A DNA stretch of 63,890 bases, filler included, from Choristocarpus tenellus KU-1152 (Eukaryota > Protista > Phaeophyceae), in assembly GCA_964200185.2 (NCBI GenBank). It is 13 parts of 13 records of this genome, joined end to end, with 100 filler letters (N's around TTAATTAATTAA, not from the genome) between each part and the next. Parts side by side here need not be neighbours in the genome. Positions count along the whole stretch, not along the records: positions 61,358 to 63,890 come from CAXNAD020026996.1; 12 more parts are not named here. One strand, written 5' to 3'. The notes beneath the pieces were generated by a model. It ran no database searches. It was given only the letters and a program-made list of their open reading frames with translations, and was not told the origin of the DNA. Shown here piece after piece: positions 61,358 to 63,890 of the stretch. Position 1 is the first letter of the stretch. Each line of letters begins with the position of its first letter. The position numbers and the translations under genes are program-made.

Positions 61358-61430
61358 TTACTTCGAAATGGCAACTTTGGGTTTTGGCCCCCAAATGGAC
61401 GCGGCTCTACCCTCTAAGATAATTTGGCTC
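61358..61430. mobile_element. MITE family B right end at contig start
   Basis: CCCCAAATGGACGCGGCTCTACCCTCTAAGATAATTTGGCTC. Confidence 0.8.
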
Positions 61431-61473
61431 CAAAAAGTCACCGTTTTAGAATTACAGAAATAGTCTTTCCTTG

Positions 61474-61649
61474 CAAAGTATCTGGGGGAGGGGGGGGGGT
61501 CTACACCTGGGTGTCCACTTGGGTCAAAATAAGGAAAAGTGCACTAACATTTTCCATCGGATGTATGCAACCAAATTACCAAAAAAAATTGACATGAAAA
61601 AATTGACCCCAAATGGACAGCTGCCACCCCCCTCCAGATACTTTGACCC
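61474..61649. mobile_element. MITE family A2
   Basis: CAAAGTATCTGGGG...CCAGATACTTTGACCC with A2 interior; the left 4 nt are missing. Confidence 0.82.
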
Positions 61650-61689
61650 AAATGGAGTCTATTGCACGGGGGAAGAAAGATGTCTTAGA

Positions 61690-62400
61690 ATGCGGAAGGA
61701 TCCAAACCTAACTACCTTTCAGTTGGTTTGGCTCATTGCTAAGGAATGGGTTAGTGGACTAGGATGAAGGATTTTTTAAAGTGAAGCAATTACTCAGTGC
61801 AGTCCTGTTTCTCCGATTTCCTGACTTCACCACAGATATCGTCGTTGATGTTGACACCAGTGAGAGTTGTGCTGAAGGATTTTTAGCACAAAGCAAAGCT
61901 CGCGATCCTATTTGCCCAGGTATCATTTCTAACTTCGGCAAGAGATTGCATCAAGCTCAACCTCACTACTCAGCTATATTATTTAGGAGTGGGTTATTCA
62001 GTTGTTATTGCCATCACTTACAGGTGTCTGTATCTCTGGGTAGACACTTCACCTGCACCATAGATCATGTCGCATCGTGTTAACTGTATAGAATGCAGGG
62101 CACCACTGAACATGCGTACTCATTGAGCTATTCAACTTCAACCTAATGATTTCAGGGTCGAACGCAAGACTGGAAAGATAAATATATGCTATACCTGACA
62201 CTCTATCTCGTATTTTGAAGTTCAAGGAACAGGAGAATCCGTTGCTCTGATGCTGGCACCCGTCTGTTTTGTAGTGCATCCAGTGGAAATTGTTCATATA
62301 CCACACCTATTCAAAAGGAATGCGTGGTGTCTGCTTCTAACCTTGACCAACCAATGCCTATCCAATGTACTCGTGAACTATTATCTGGTTCCACGACTAC
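61690..62400 (+). mobile_element. Gypsy RT-connection/RNase H remnant
   Basis: LRFPDFTTDIVVDVDTSESCAEGFLAQ...QPHYSA...HFTCTIDH. Confidence 0.72.
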
Positions 62401-63049
62401 TGCAGTTAGTATGACAGTTGGAGGTGGGCACTGAAGTATTTCACACGAATTTTCACTATATTATTTATTATTGTTTTATTGTTACTATAACTAATAATTA
62501 ATTTTACTATCATCATCTCATTAGTCTGAGGGTTCCCAAATCTTATACCCACTCCTTCAGAAATAGCAACAAGGACCAGAAGAGAAAATCAAAGCAGTGG
62601 AAGAAAAAAGAGAAGGAAAAGAAAAAAAAGAGGAAAAAAAAATGAAAAATGAAGAATAGAACGAGTAGGAGAAAAAACCCATCACCCAGAAAATGAACAA
62701 GGATGCAAGAAGAGAATAAGTCCAGAAAGAAAAAAGGATTGAGCTGGCAGCGTTGGTGGCGGTGCTTGTGTTGTTTTTATAAATCCCGTCCAACAAGGAA
62801 AATCTGTGCCTTGCGCTTATTTATTCATATGGCGGTTACTTCAAGCTGTCCGCCCCATTTCCCCCGTGTTGTCAAGCAGGGCATTACCTGCCGTCTTTAT
62901 CCCTGGTTTCATGGAAGGGTAGGCGACAAGTCCAGTCGCAATCCTCAATAACAACACCAGGCGGGGTTTTGGTGATTTGGGCGACCACACATACTGTTAT
63001 GGTGTGATGAACATTAGCTTTTATCATAGTTCCTTGGAATCCCATTCGA

Positions 63050-63675
63050 CCATGAATCTCATTGTGCCAAACTTGTCAAGGACGTCTTGGAGACATATTC
63101 ACCGGCTCTTCCCCTGTCCACCTTGCTTCCGTTTTCCATTCTCAATCTCCCCAAACATCAATATCCTAGGGAGTTGCTCACTCCCCTTGCGAGCAACTGA
63201 ACCAGAAAATAACTCTGATTGCACACTGCTGCCTCTATACTCTCACTCTCACCCTTCATGAGAGGAGCATCTTTCTGTGTAGGAGAGGACACGATCCGTG
63301 CAATTCCCTTTTGCGAAAAACCTACTGTAGTAGGGGAGGAATTTGTGGTGATGTGAACGGAGCTTCAGATGATGAGCCTGACGGAGTTCCACGTCATGCC
63401 ACCATGCAACAGATCTCGAAGAACTTCAGCTTTGAACGCTCGGTTGATAAAGTTTGACTGAGATACCTCAGTTCCTGTCATAAGGAAATTGGCTGTTTTT
63501 GTAAAAACAAATTCAGACTAATCTGTGAATCCTCTGGCTAATCTCACCAGTAGTTGTAACGTTGTCCTCGCTGACGACTCCCCCAAGGTAAATAAACTTA
63601 TCAGTCTGTAGGTCTGGTGCAGTCCCTGAATTTGCATCGTTTCGGCATCCTGATTTAGAAGGGAGAATATACAGA
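63050..63675 (-). mobile_element. Decayed RTE-clade LINE, C-terminal RT/thumb region
   Basis: QTDKFIYLGGVVSED...EISQRIHRL, the F.YLG...EI..RI motif of RTE elements. Confidence 0.75.
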
Positions 63676-63846
63676 GGCTCAAAGTATCTGGGAGGGGGTG
63701 GCGTCTGTCCATTTGGGGTCGATTTTTTCATGTCGCGATTTTGGGGTGATTTGGTTGCATACGTCAGATGGAAACTGTAAATGTACTTTTCCTGATTTTG
63801 GTTCAAATGGACACCCTGGTGTAGACCCCCCCCCCCCCCCCCCCCC
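63676..63846. mobile_element. MITE family A2, truncated at window end
   Basis: GGCTCAAAGTATCTGGG terminus and A2 interior, ending in poly-C. Confidence 0.85.
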
Positions 63847-63890
63847 ACCTTTTGGCGGAGTGTTGGAAAACCAAAAAAATTTTTTTTTTT

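Overview
Repeat-rich eukaryotic nuclear DNA. It is probably from a brown alga or related stramenopile, inferred from an axonemal dynein, a sulfotransferase, GT-AG introns and the TE families present. The window is not one locus: it is 13 short contigs joined by artificial 100-nt spacers (44N-TTAATTAATTAA-44N). Host genes, all on the minus strand and partial: five exons of an inner-arm (DNAH6-like) dynein heavy chain, the last two exons of an ARID-domain protein, a seven-exon coiled-coil protein, a sulfotransferase with an in-frame TGA, a zinc-finger gene with a possible methyltransferase-like segment, and a few unassigned exons. Most of the rest is transposon-derived. There are about 22 copies of three MITE families that share one bipartite terminus (GR(G/C)YSAAAGTATCT plus subterminal GTCCATTT) with 4-bp or 3-bp TSDs. 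There are also decayed Gypsy, Copia and RTE elements, a repeated intron-containing gene, and a CRE-like non-LTR retrotransposon carrying tandem atypical RING fingers. The RING-bearing element is the most novel-looking item. Repeat copies show pervasive CpG-to-TpG/CpA decay, which suggests TE methylation. All family assignments come from motif recognition by eye; no database search was run.
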